A DNA stretch of 64,000 bases from Dicyema japonicum (GCA_011109175.1 RDEW01000013.1:41476-105475), one strand, 5' to 3'; positions 38,991 to 51,292 are shown, counted from the first letter of the stretch. Notes: generated from the letters alone by a model not told the origin. Numbers and translations are program-made.

Positions 38991-40115
38991 TAATAAATGT
39001 AATAAAAATTATATATTAAAAAATAGTTGTTGTTTATTAAATGAATAAATAATAAATAAAATAATACACTGTGTCAATCCACAAAACGGTGACAAATTAT
39101 TGAGGGAAAAGTGGTTCAAATGGCACGCATTTTTGATTCTAATATTTTATTTAATGGTTAAATACTAATGATAACCTAGCAACATCGCACTCGTCATTGC
39201 AAATCAGTTCGATGCCAACCCATCCAGATTGAGATTTTTTGGAAAAGAGGTTGTGTGGTGGTAACAGCTAGCATCACTAAAGTGTTGTCTTGATGGCGCA
39301 ATAAACAGGTTGGATGAAATAAATGCCGTTTCTGAGGGAATAATGATCCCTGACTTTCATTTGTGGTGATTTTGATTCTGCTAGGGAAGATCTTCTTGTC
39401 AAATATAAAAAGATGGTAAAGGACTAGTCAAACTCAGGGATCACAAATTATTTTTAGACCATCACAGGATGCGACAGACCTCACAAAGGACTGTGTTTGG
39501 TGAAGGATTACGCTCAGAAAATAATCGAGTTTATTTTTTAAATAATTTCATAGAAATTTCCCGCTACTTTGGTTTTGAGCTCATTAAATGGGCGGTTTAG
39601 ACCATGTAATGGCATTAATTAACGAATTTTACAAAATTTTCAGATGATAGAGATCTCGGACCCGTTTATGGACTTCTTGGATACTCATGTTTGCTTTGTC
39701 GTCCCTAATGTATCCGTTTTTCCCATTTGAGGAAAAATGTGAGCTCCACGTGGACCGAAGAGTAGCCCGTAAATATTGTGCCATTCTTCCGGTTGGATTT
39801 GCTGTGGGTTGTCTGTGGACAGAGGGTCTTTCGTTGGAATCTGGGAAATACATGGTCTCTTAATTTATAGAAGGAAGAGGGCTAGGTTTTAAGAACCTCG
39901 TTAGCTCATCGAATGAATTTCGGGACGAGTCCACGGATGTAGTTAAATTCCACAGCGATACTCCGTTTTTATGGTCCATGGAGTTTGATGGCATTGATGA
40001 CTGCATTAATATTAACTTAATTTAATTTTAATGATTTGGTTATTTTTGATGTTTGATAAAAAAATTCAAAAATTAATTATAATTTATATTTTATATAAAT
40101 TTTGAATAGCCTCTT

Positions 40116-40680
40116 ATGAAAATTTGAATAGCTTGATCGGGTATGTTGTCCTCAATCACCATTCTTTGTGTTTCTTACAAAGAACCATTGAACTTATTGA
40201 GCGGTGGTCTTGTGGGAGACACAGAACCGGACCGACTACTCTGGAGACCCTCATTAAACAAAACTCCGGCATGCGGGAAGGTGGCCCTGCAAATACAGTC
40301 AGCCGCCCTGTACGAGCTTGTGTGGGTACGAGGGAGGAGCACCGGGAAAGAATGAGGATTCGTGATAGTTAGTTTTGGTTTTACTGTGACTTGGGTGTTA
40401 AATAAATAAATAAAATGAAAATTTGAATAGCTTGATCGGGTATGTTGTCCTCAATCACCAATCCTTGTGTTTCTACAAAGAACCAGTGAACTTATTTTGG
40501 GGGAGGGTCATCCATACGGAGGAATCCCGATCATTCTAGAATAAGTAATCTGCAGAAAACAAATCCGAAAGACTGCGGGATCGCTGTCGGAACACCGAAG
40601 GAGAGTTTAGAAATTACTAGAAGCTGTGATCACTTAATTAGTTTGGTTTTGGGCTTCTTTCTTGCTGATCTTTGGGTTGA
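40116..40680 (+). mobile_element. Two LINE 3' fragments; the first flanked by an ~83 bp direct repeat
   Basis: 40116-40198 matches 40415-40496. The insert 40199-40414 ends in (TAAA)3, and a second tail follows at 40500-40680. Confidence 0.7.
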
Positions 40681-41019
40681 ACGGCAAACGTAAGAATGTC
40701 AACAATTCATAAGGACAACGTATAATTTTGCCTTTACCCCATGTGTATCACTAACAGTCAAACAAAAAAGCTATAACAGACGCAAATCCAATATTTGAGA
40801 ACTATAATAGACTGTAAACTCTACCCTATTGACCACCTAATTGGAAGACAAAATCATGCCTTTGAATGATCACCTCGAAATACTGAGATTCAACGACAAC
40901 TCGACTTTAAACCGTCCAATTTTCCCACCACTCAAATCCACTAACCCGTTGGACCTTCAATGACTTCAAAGAACACTCAGGAAAATTTTTTTCGTCTTTC
41001 TACTGGAAGTGGTCACATT

Positions 41020-41470
41020 TATTTATTTAATAACCCCGAGAAGGGAACAACAAGAAAGAAGGAGTAAACCAACTAATTCAGTGATCCCGGTACACCTAAA
41101 AATGATCGAGAGGTTGATCTTATGTTCCTCCAGAGTACCCACGGCTTTCTTGTAGCGACGACGATCACCTTTCATTAAAATTTGAAGAGGGGTGGGTTTT
41201 TTCTCAATTTACGTGTATTTGAGGCTTCTAGTCTTGAATGGAAGAAACGACTTGTTTCGTGACCACACAAACCGATGAAACCGGAGCCGTTGTTTTCGAT
41301 TGAGATTGGCCAAGCATTGGGGAAAGATCGGCAGGTAAATGCTAGCGTGGCGTCATGTGGTTCACCTTTTATGGTGGGCTTAGTATTAAATAAAACCAAA
41401 AAGAACCATTTTCTCTTCCCCATCCAGACTCCTCGTATGCCTAGATGGTATACCTCAACTGGAAGTGGTC
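41020..41470. mobile_element. Inverted (head-to-head) insertion of the 5260-type element
   Basis: 41020-41340 is the reverse complement of ~6000-6330, and 41343-41460 matches 5262-5380. Confidence 0.75.
41345..41408 (+). ncRNA. HDV-like fold, copy D (P1' and P4 decayed)
   Basis: P2 TGGTTC/GAACCA, P3 ACC/GGT, J4/2 CAAAAA. Confidence 0.45.
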
Positions 41471-43658
41471 ACATGAGATGAGACAGGTGCTCCTTCTCTT
41501 CACTAAAGTCTCGATTGTGGTGGAATCTTGCATTAAGGACGAAACCTTTGTGATAATTCCATTCACTACGGAAAGGAAGTCCTTGATTAGAGTAAGAGGG
41601 TTTTAATATTACATACTAGGACATTTATCCATGAAAGTACAACGCCAATATTTTTAATACAAAAATCACAACTTAAGCAACAAAAAAGTTTAAAACAGTT
41701 ATTTATGTTTAAAACTCATCCACGTCTTACTATAATCTCCACCCATCTCGTACAACTTTTGTAGAACCACAACACTTGGAACTTTAAAAACATACGAAAG
41801 GGCCTAATTCGTTATAAACAATGATTACATTAACATTTTTCATAATAAATTGTAGTTCTAGTAGACGAGCCGAATTTTCAGAACCGTCATGTGATTGGGT
41901 TTCATATTCAATAGACAAATTATTATGAGGGTTCAAATATTCACAATTTTCGTTATAATAATTAAAATTCTAATAAAAATAATTAAGTGAAAATAAAATA
42001 ATAAGAAAGGCGGGAAACTTCGTTTGCTGTGAAGTGGTCAATGTTACAAGTAATTGGAAACTGTGAACTGCTGCATTTAGTTCTTTTAGTATACTCTAAT
42101 ATCCTTGGCTTAGTTTTGTTGTCATTTACTAGGAATTGAGTGCTAGGTGGTTGTTAATAAAGACTACCAGATATTTGTGATGTCTGCATAGTTTGGTGTG
42201 ATGTTGATTGTCGGATTCATTTTATTCATATTAAAATTTCTATATTCAAAATATTTTGTATTAAATTTTAACTATTAAAATTTTATAATAAAAATTAATT
42301 ACATTTTTGATCATTGTGTCATCGAGATCTCGGTACCAACAAACATCGGAGATTCTTTCATAATAAGCATATGCACACCCTCTCTTTCCTGACAGATCTT
42401 AAAAATTGTGGAGATCTGAACTGGCATGTTTCAAGCATTAACTTGCAGACAGGATGAAGAATTTCTTAATGCCTAACATGGAGAACTTGATAATTCTAAA
42501 CAACCTAATAACGATAATAAGAACATAATAAAGGCAAATGAAGTACAGCATCACCCAACACTACACTCACCTTCCCCAACATCGACCCATTCGTCAGTAG
42601 GTCTGTGCTTTAGGGCTTTGTGACCGAACCTATTCTTCTAAGAGGGGAAATCTTCACTGTGAAGAAACCACCTCTGATCATGATTTACAAGAACATCGAA
42701 TGGGAGAAATTGTCACTGGATTCAACAACCTCGAGAGCTTAAGTCACTCAACAACGTGGTATCTTATTTCAAAAAAATAGTGGGAGAAAGAATGAGAAGA
42801 AAGTCACCTTCAAAGAAGAACATATTATCTATAAAAGTCTAATTAATCAAAGGAACCATTAAAAAAGCCTTCAAATGGAAACCAAATAAGTCAGAAAGAG
42901 TATCTCGAAAAGGACATTGTGAAAAAAGTCAGAAAGAGGTAGGATGTTTATTCAGGCTTACAATCTTTGGGAAAGTAAACTGGTTTCCCGAGTATAGGGA
43001 ATAGGCTTCGCCCTTTCTCAACTAAGAGAATGCATCATTGTGGCAATCTAGCCAGCAGCCAAAGTGAAATGAATACAATAATGAAATACTGTGCAAGTAT
43101 TAGCTATATAGAGAATTCTTCCTTGGCTTCATAAACCCATACCTAGCTCCACTCAAATACTTTTCACTTGAAAGATTCGAAAGTGTTATCCAAGCCCATA
43201 ACAAACCTATTCCTCCATTCCAGAAGGTATACCAATTTAGTCCTCAAAAAGTGGACCCCGACGCCTTCGCCGCATTAGCACAGTTTATAAATTTTTTCGA
43301 TTAAATGAGTTAACGAAAAATAAGAAATAAATTAATCCTAGGAGCTTGAATTGCCAGACTAAATCCTCTGCGAATAGCTATCGATATACTCTCGAAGCCA
43401 TCCAGTCTCACGTAGATCCTTGGTGACCATTTGGATCATTGAGCCTTTCCAGACTAGATCTTTCCATTATAAGAAGACCAAACCTGGCAAAATAAACCTA
43501 AATAAAATCCAAGACTTTCAATCCATAGTTGCCAAAACCCTCCTTCGAGGTCCTCGTTAGGAAAATGGGCGTACGATTTATCACCCACATTTATTTGATG
43601 ACACAATAATGGAATGGAAGAACATCAAGCGAATGTAAGGAGGTTACTGAGAAAGGGA

Positions 43659-44535
43659 TTACCAAATGCACGTGTCTTTCTCATAATAAATAACTGTGAT
43701 TCTTGGTCTATTAATGTCCCTGATTTCCCGACCTACCCAAAGAGTAAGATACACCAAATATTCATTATTAAAAAAGCAATCAATGACAGTCATAAATTTA
43801 TCAGTACTCAACATGAAATAAGACAAATCCTCATCTGCACAGCTATAATCAGAACTCTGTAAAGTTACAATAACAAGTACCTCCAAAATACGTCTTTCAC
43901 CCTTAAAAACCTCATCATCATCTAATTATTACATAGAATGCAAACCAGGGACATTCCGAACATAAACAATGGTGTCGTACAAATTTGATAAACTCAAGTC
44001 ATCAGCCAGACTTCGAAATGCCTGAGGAATGAGATCCCCAGACATTGGGATTATTCCTCCCATGATGAACAATCCGGGCTTTCTGGTTGAAATGTCAACT
44101 GCCGGATGTTTACTAACAAAAGTAGTCTCAAAGGAATTCCTTAGGGATTTGGCTCGAAAGTCCTCGGAATTATATACAATGATACTAGCAAGTCAAATAC
44201 ACAAAGAAATGAGAATACGATATCTTCGGGGTCATCAGAGTCTTGTTCCCATATAAATTTAAATATAGTACCTTTAGAGTAAATCCAACGTTTGATTCAC
44301 AAATCAATGAGGACAAACCCAATAAATCAGACTTTTCAAGATTAAAAATCTGCAATTCCGAAATAAGTCTACATTTGAAATGAGCGATTGAATAAATTCT
44401 CTGTCTGACTCGGCGAATGGGAAGGCTTCGAAATCGATTTCTATTAACTGGATATTTTCATAAAATAAGCGCAACCTGAGGTTTAGTTGAAGCCTCTGAT
44501 GACTCAACAACACGTTGCCTTTTACGTTCAGACAT
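43659..44535 (-). CDS. BCCIP: BCCIP/Bcp1 family protein
   Basis: Spliced: IEIDFEAFPFAESDREFIQSLISN..VGFTLK..EDIVFSFLCVFDL..KPGLFI..LIPQAFRSLADDL. One acceptor (~44255) is not clean and the 3' end is approximate. Confidence 0.7.
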
Positions 44536-44609
44536 TTTCATACAGCATGCTTTTTTATTTATTTATTAATTATTTATTTTTTATATTTATAATATAATTT
44601 TATAAATTA

Positions 44610-45240
44610 ATGTTGAATGGGCATCGTGGGATTCTATTGTACTTTAAAAAATTTGTGACCATTCTCAGTCGACCACGGAAATTAAGCGATTCTAGCTCAA
44701 CATTGAACCCCTCGTATATTTGTCTAATCGTAAAACCTGGAAAAACGAATAAGGACCCGCTTCATAAAGCCAGTTCTAGCTTACGTGTTCAACGTGAAGA
44801 ATCTTGTCCATTCAAAAATCTGGGATATTTTGTTAAATGTGTCGTTCAAAAATGGTTTAAAGGATCGGTTTACTTATTCTCATTCTCCAGCCCAATTTTA
44901 TCGGGCTCTTGGACAAACCTGGTTCTGTTCATTTATATCCACGTGGTATTCAACACAGTCCAGAGAAAGATTCTCATCTGAAAATTTTACAAAATTTTAA
45001 ACTTTGGGTAGCTAACTTTTTTAGTGTCTGAAGGGATGTCTTTGGGAATTCAAGCTTTTTAAAAACTGTTCCCATTGGTCGGCAATATCTCTTCTCTTGT
45101 TCAGCCTATTATTAGCAAACCTTCTCTTATATCGGACGATGAAGACAATATATTCATTATTTATCCCGGCGGGATTATTGGACATTCATACTATTGGGAC
45201 ATCGAGTCCGCCAATGTGATTACAACAGCAATCATCGTCT
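44610..45240 (+). CDS. Unidentified gene candidate, divergent from BCCIP
   Basis: ATG directly after the shared AT-rich spacer; protein-like frames linked by short GT-AG gaps; no family recognised. Confidence 0.3.
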
Positions 45241-45489
45241 AACGCTTGGATAAAGGACCGCCATCAATTGAGTTACCAAGAAAATCAATTTTGTCGAACT
45301 TTCGGAAAGCTGATCGTTCGAAAACCCCCTGACTGAGATTATTGTTTCGTTTCACATTCTTTGTTAACAGTTAATAAAGAACAAAAGAGTTATGGGTGGT
45401 GAAAGAAGATATCAACAAATAAAGCATCCTTGAAATACTTAAACTATTGATAAACTGGAGATCAAGTGGTTGTGATGAGGTGTAAAGAT

Positions 45490-46060
45490 TCACCTCAATC
45501 CAAAAAGTTCACTTGAATTAGTGGACAAATTGTAACAATTGTAAATCAGCCAAGAAAACTTTTGATCACGTGAAAAGATGTCGACGAATAAATAATGACT
45601 CTGAGGTGCAAACAAAGTTGAACTTGTATCTCCATCAGCAATACGGGATAAAGTCCCTGTGAAGGTTATCAGTGTGTCGTATGACATGGCAAGGATTTTA
45701 AGGTTCGTTGAAGAAGCTATAGGCACGTACCCCACGAATAAAGTGAAGATAGATTTTGATGTCGACACACTCAGTAGAGTAAATGAAAGCTAGTTGGTCC
45801 TTGACTTCCCCGGTCGCCAAGGAGGAGGATGTGTCCCTAAAGGCGATGATGATATCGTCTGCATGGGACAGGAGTAGTGTGTTGAGATCGTCAATCTGGG
45901 GGACGTCATGATAATTAAGCAAAATCGGAAAGACCCATGAGGAACTCCATTTGGTAACAGTTGGAATCTCCACCTGCCGTTTACCGAACATATTCTCTCA
46001 CGCCATCCGGACAGGAACTCGTCGATAGCTGATTCATCTTATGTCGGACCTGAAGTAGAT
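45490..46060 (-). mobile_element. Ingi/Vingi-like RT fragment
   Basis: LLLSHADDIII, STLFT and KILAMSYDTLITF motifs. Confidence 0.7.
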
Positions 46061-46426
46061 CCAGGTATTTTTGTATTCTCCATTCGTCTCCGTACGACCA
46101 ATACTGTGTTTTTTAAGTTAATATATCATTTTCATTTCTACATTGAGAGCAGTCAGAAAAGTTGAATAATTAATCATCAATGATCGATTCTGTTTTATTT
46201 TCAGTTTTTTCATATTATTTATTGTACAATAAAATGTAACGTTTAGCATCATTTTTATTAAAGTTCCTATCGTTTTTTATTATTAAGCATTTTAACGGGT
46301 CTTTCATCGATAAAATGTCATGTGGCTCGCCGATGACGTGGTGGCATTTGGAATAAAGGAGCTACACTTTCCCTATCCTTACGGGATAAACCAACAATGA
46401 AGGCCTCTGCCGTTTTGATAGCGTCA

Positions 46427-46893
46427 CTAAATTTTTTCAAGTCTTAAAACAAACTTTTTTTTAAATTTTATCATTTCAACACTTTCTATGGAAACATAGT
46501 TTTTCCACCTGCTGAAAAAATTCTCAATTGGACTGAGAAATGACGAGTAAGGGGTAATGGAACATGGAGAGTGTCCGTAAGATGATGAATACAGGCGGCT
46601 ATTCAATTCCCTCTCATAACAAAGATTTTTTAAAGATTCCGGAAAATTAGTCATTGTTGCAATTTCTGGTTCTGATGGCTCCTACAGAAATATAGGTAGA
46701 AGATCCTGAAATAGCTCTTCCTAGTCTTGATCTTTTGAGAATTTGCCCTCATTATAGTTTCATGATGTTCTTTTATCCAAAAATATATTTGTTTTTCTTC
46801 CAATGTTAATGAGTAAAAAGTGACGTTAATGGTCGGGAAACCCTTATACCTTCGATCCAGCACGATTCCGTGGTAACCATTCGACCACAACAC
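46427..46893 (-). mobile_element. Tc1-like transposase fragment
   Basis: TPYSSFLSPIENFFSRWK matches the Tc1 PYSPxLNPIE motif. Confidence 0.7.
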
Positions 46894-47114
46894 ACCTTAC
46901 AACTCAAACAATTAATTTCGAAGGATTTAACCCAGTGATCTTAGAGGTGATAATAATGGATATTTCTACAGATGAAGAAGATTCTTGACATTGTGACCAA
47001 ATAATTTAATCCTCTCAGCCAACTCAATAATATTTTTAAATTTAATTGTTCCATTCTTTTTTCTATGTAATTCTTAATATCCGCCTTGGCATTTTAAAAT
47101 AGTCATTGAATATA

Positions 47115-47170
47115 CAGTCAACCCTCTCTATAGTAAACAAAATGCCACGTAAAAAACGATGTTCACTAAT
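47115..47170 (+). repeat. Solo pogo/Tigger-like terminal inverted repeat
   Basis: TA followed by CAGTCAACCCTC, the same start as at 59152. Confidence 0.5.
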
Positions 47171-47258
47171 CTTCAATAGTGAACAAAAAATAGAACAAGG
47201 AATTAAAATAACAATCAACAATAGTATAGTAATTACAAAGATAAATTAGATGCTTTTT

Positions 47259-47935
47259 TCATGTAATTATTATTAGCACTTTCACGAGAGCCATAATATT
47301 TATAGCCCCATAATATATTATAGCATGTGCAGCAAAAAATGTAAGAGAATTAGTTAGGTTGCTCCAAGCTCTTCTGTTCTTTGCTAGGTCCCTCAGTGAG
47401 TCCAGATCGTCACCAGATGCCATTGTTTTCTTCATGGCTTTCAGAAAGTAGTTCTCGGTCTTCCACGAAAGCGTTTTACATTGGAGGAGTAGTAATCTTC
47501 CATTGCGATGTTCGGAGGGGATATCGGGTCCAACCTCAGGACGTGTCCAAAAAGTCTCCAACGAGAGTTAATGATCTCATGGCTTAATGGTTTACAGTCA
47601 CATTTATTGTACAGTCCATTTTGCGAGATCTTGGATGGCCAAGACATTCCAGTTATGCTTCTTAGATAATTCCTGTGAAATGAGTCTAGCCTCTCCAATT
47701 CCTCTTTAGAGGTGGCCCAGGTCCCAGAGTTGTATAGTAAGATTGGTTTGATGAAGGTGTCGTATAACATAATCCTTTGTTTTATGTTATATCCTTTCCG
47801 TTTTAGCCAAAGATTTTTCAGCCTGTGTAATGCCGCATTTGCTAATGTTTTTCTCCGTATGATGTCTTCGCTATCTCCTAGTAGAGAGCCAAGTTTCTTT
47901 ATGTGTCTCCATTTTTCTTCGAGTGAGTTGTTCAT
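47259..47935 (-). mobile_element. RTE-like non-LTR 3' fragment
   Basis: KKLGSLL, KPILLYNSGTW, SRWRLFGHVLR and RGRPRTT motifs. Confidence 0.8.
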
Positions 47936-48488
47936 CGCATTTTTGTAGAATTAATTAGAAAAGCACGTGATAAATGATTTATAAAACTTAATAAAATATT
48001 TATAATAATTAAAAAATTAAAATTCCAGCTGCCCCGTTAAGAAACACTGATTTAGAAGGATGGTACGATTCGAAAAAGAGACTATCCTCAAGAAATTTGA
48101 GAAAACGCGAAATTTTGCTCTAAAGCTTGCTTACGGGATAAGTCCTCGTATGCCAAATCCCCTATGGTTGGATGGAAAAATGTGCAAGGTTGGCGGAACT
48201 ATCGAAAATCTTATTCGAGGTTTCAAAAATCGCACTAAAGTACCTGGCAATATCTTCAGAGATGACCCTGTGTTTACGGATTTTTTGGGGAGACTGTCGG
48301 GGTAGAAGTCGGTTGGCATGCCCTACCGTTTTATATTACTTCCCCCATCACTTAATTTACAGTGCTTTTTCTTTATAACTTACTTAATTTTAAGGTTAAA
48401 AAGTTTATAGGTTAATGAAGTTAACCTTTTAAGGTTAATAAATGTTTACCCTAGTTTTCACAAATATGGATGTTAGTGACAATTAGAA

Positions 48489-49679
48489 TTAAAAATAAAT
48501 AATGTTTTTCATGCCTACTCCATTGAGCATATTGTCAAATGCTTGCTGGTAGTCATCAATGTAATATCTGTTTGTTATTAGACTAGCCACGTCGACCTTC
48601 CTACTCTTTATTAATTCTATGGAATCGGGGTAACTATTATAAAGACATCTAGAGACCAATTGTAGGTCTTATAGAATCCTCTAACATCCAGATTTTTGAC
48701 TACAACGTGTGTGGCATTTATAATTCCGTTATTGATTCCAGATAACACCAGGACTCCTCCGTCAACAGTTGCCTGTATTAATACATCCACTACATTCATC
48801 AAACTCTCAATGTTTGAAGTAAACCCACAACAGTCTATGGAAACGTTGGCTTTTCCTCCCAACTGTTCAATGATCTCTCTTCCTGCTTGTTCTGGAGTAT
48901 CCCCCTTGTTAATGACGACCCCACAATCCGCCCCGTGTTGCTTAGCAGAGTCAACCCGCTTTTTGCAAATGTCTAAAAATGTATTTTTGGGCAATTACCT
49001 ACTACACAAACCAGCGAACACCCGGAGGCTTTTGCAACCATCGTGCATAACGTCCCGATGATCCCCGATCCTCCAATAACCACTTTTTGAGCAAAAGAAA
49101 GCCCGGCTCGTTTGCAAATCCCAACTGCGATGGAAAGCGGTTGAACCATCGCTCCCTCATCATAGGACATTGACTCGGGGATCCTGAAAGGATCATAAGT
49201 GATACTTGTAACAAGAATACTGATTCTGTACATGATATTCTGTCAGTGCACCATCAGTGTTGAATGAACCCAAGTATTCTTGATTCTCGCACATGTTTCC
49301 TTTTCCAGAGGCACAAAATTGACATTCCTTACAGTTGATCATTGGCTCAACGGCAACTCGGTCCCCTAAATTGAAATTTGGATATTCACCAATCTTCAGC
49401 GAAGTAACGTCCTTTCCAACATCCACAATGACTCCTGCGGGTTCATGTCCCAGTCTGAGAGGACAAAGATTTTTTACATTACCAATTCTCGCATTTTTCC
49501 AAAGGGTAACATCAGTTCCACAAACACCAACTGACTGGATTTTGATTAAAACGTCTAAAATGAATTATCAACTACCCTTGTCCCCAAGTTTAGAAATTTC
49601 TTGAGTTTCCTTTAAAATGAGTAAAATCAATCACCAATCTCATATCCTCAGGGCCATATTGTACTAGAGATTTCGACAT
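48489..49679 (-). CDS. SORD: Sorbitol dehydrogenase-like zinc-dependent MDR enzyme
   Basis: Spliced: VLIKIQSVGVCGTD..LGHEPAG..DRVAVEP..CKECQFC..NMC..EGAMVQPLS..GSGIIG..IDCCG..LITNRY; several short GT-AG introns. Confidence 0.82.
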
Positions 49680-50235
49680 TGTGAAAATATACTTATTGAA
49701 TTTTTAATTAACTTGGATTTTGATCGATATATTATAAATCTATTATTTACGCCAATGACCTCACTCTGACGCACTTGCCTTAGAAATTCACTATAAATTT
49801 CACGACTTCTCCCAAATTTTGTACTTCATTTCTATTTCATTTCTTGCTTAATTTATTCTTGACTGACCTCCCTATACCTGGAAATAAAATATCACTTACG
49901 GATGAGTCATCACTTATGGCGATGACATCATCCTGGCCGGACAGGATTCGAACCCAAATTATAGGTGCATCTGACACTTTTATGGAACTTTCCAATCTCG
50001 ACTCAGTTACTCGTCCATGGTAACGACAAAACAAAGACATGGACTTTCATCCACCATGAAGCGAAATAGACTTTTAGTGCATCGTCATCACCCCGTATTT
50101 ACTTTTTTTGCCTCAGGATCAAATTAGAAAAGGAATGTTCTCAGCTAAGTGATCACAGACCGACAAGGGAGGCTTGTGACAACCGAATCCACCCTCCAAC
50201 AGTCCATTGCAGGCTTCGTCACTGCAGAAATTGAT

Positions 50236-50470
50236 AATTTAATTTATTAACCCCGGATACACCGAGAAAGAAGTTAAAGTAAACAACTAATTAAATGTAT
50301 CCAGTTTCCACTTCTACAGAGTCCATCCGGACTCAGCATAAAGGGTAAACGACGTCCATAGTTGCAGCTGTGGAAACCCCTCCAGTGGAGTAGGGGAGAG
50401 CAAATGATCCTTTTTTGTGTCGGCTGGAACTGGGCGCCACCTAGACAGGTGGATCACATGACGCCACTCT
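50236..50470 (-). mobile_element. Short non-autonomous head+tail retroposon (RIME/NARTc-like)
   Basis: Intact 5' signature, ~100 bp spacer and family 3' end (..TTCTCGGTGTATCCGGGGTTAATAAAT). Confidence 0.75.
50405..50467 (-). ncRNA. HDV-like ribozyme-like fold, copy F
   Basis: P1 GGCGTC/GGCGCC, compensated P2 TGATCC/GGATCA, P3 ACC/GGT, J4/2 CAAAAAA. Confidence 0.55.
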
Positions 50471-51292
50471 ATTAGGAAAAGAGAGGAGGAAATTAATAAG
50501 AATTTGAATCAGCCATTAATTTGATTCTTAAAATTTATGAACATTTTAAAAATAAAATTTATGAGAATTTTAAACAAATATTTTTCGTAAAATTACCAAA
50601 ATTAATCATTTCTATTCGTCGTCTTGAAATATAAATTTATTCGTTCACAACATTTGACAGCTATTTTGACATTACTTAGGTTGACTTCAAACTTAAAAGT
50701 GGTGGAAAACCTCTAAATAAATCGGAAGCATTGGATAATTCTTTTTAACGTCATTCAATAGATGTTCCACTCTGATGACCTTCGTAAGCAGCGGTTCTGA
50801 CGCGCTAATCTCACGAACTCCGCGCTCCAGTATTTTCCCGCCTTCGATAGTCTATATGGCACGCGTGGACACGATGTCGTATATACTTTTCGTCTAGCAT
50901 TGGTCATTGCATAGTTAGTTACTCAAACCTGCATGTTATTAAGCGAATGTTTCGTTCCCATACTTTGGTCAACTTCGCGTGGTAGATGGACATTGTATAA
51001 GTTCTAGGTTTGGTCTTTAGTTAGTTACTCCGACGTCACTGAAATGTAGGAAAGAGATCGGTGCCATCAAGCGTCCAGCTGAGAGTATGGGCTACAATTC
51101 CCTTACTGATCCAAAAAGAATTTTATTGATTATACCACCAAGCTTGTCAGGTGATAAGAACAAAAACTCAGATCCATCACAGGTTCTGTCCTTAAATGAT
51201 GACATTTTAATTATATTGTATTTGATAAAAATAGTTTTAAAGTTATATAATTTAAATCAATTTAAAATAAATAAAAAATAACGTTTATTTGT

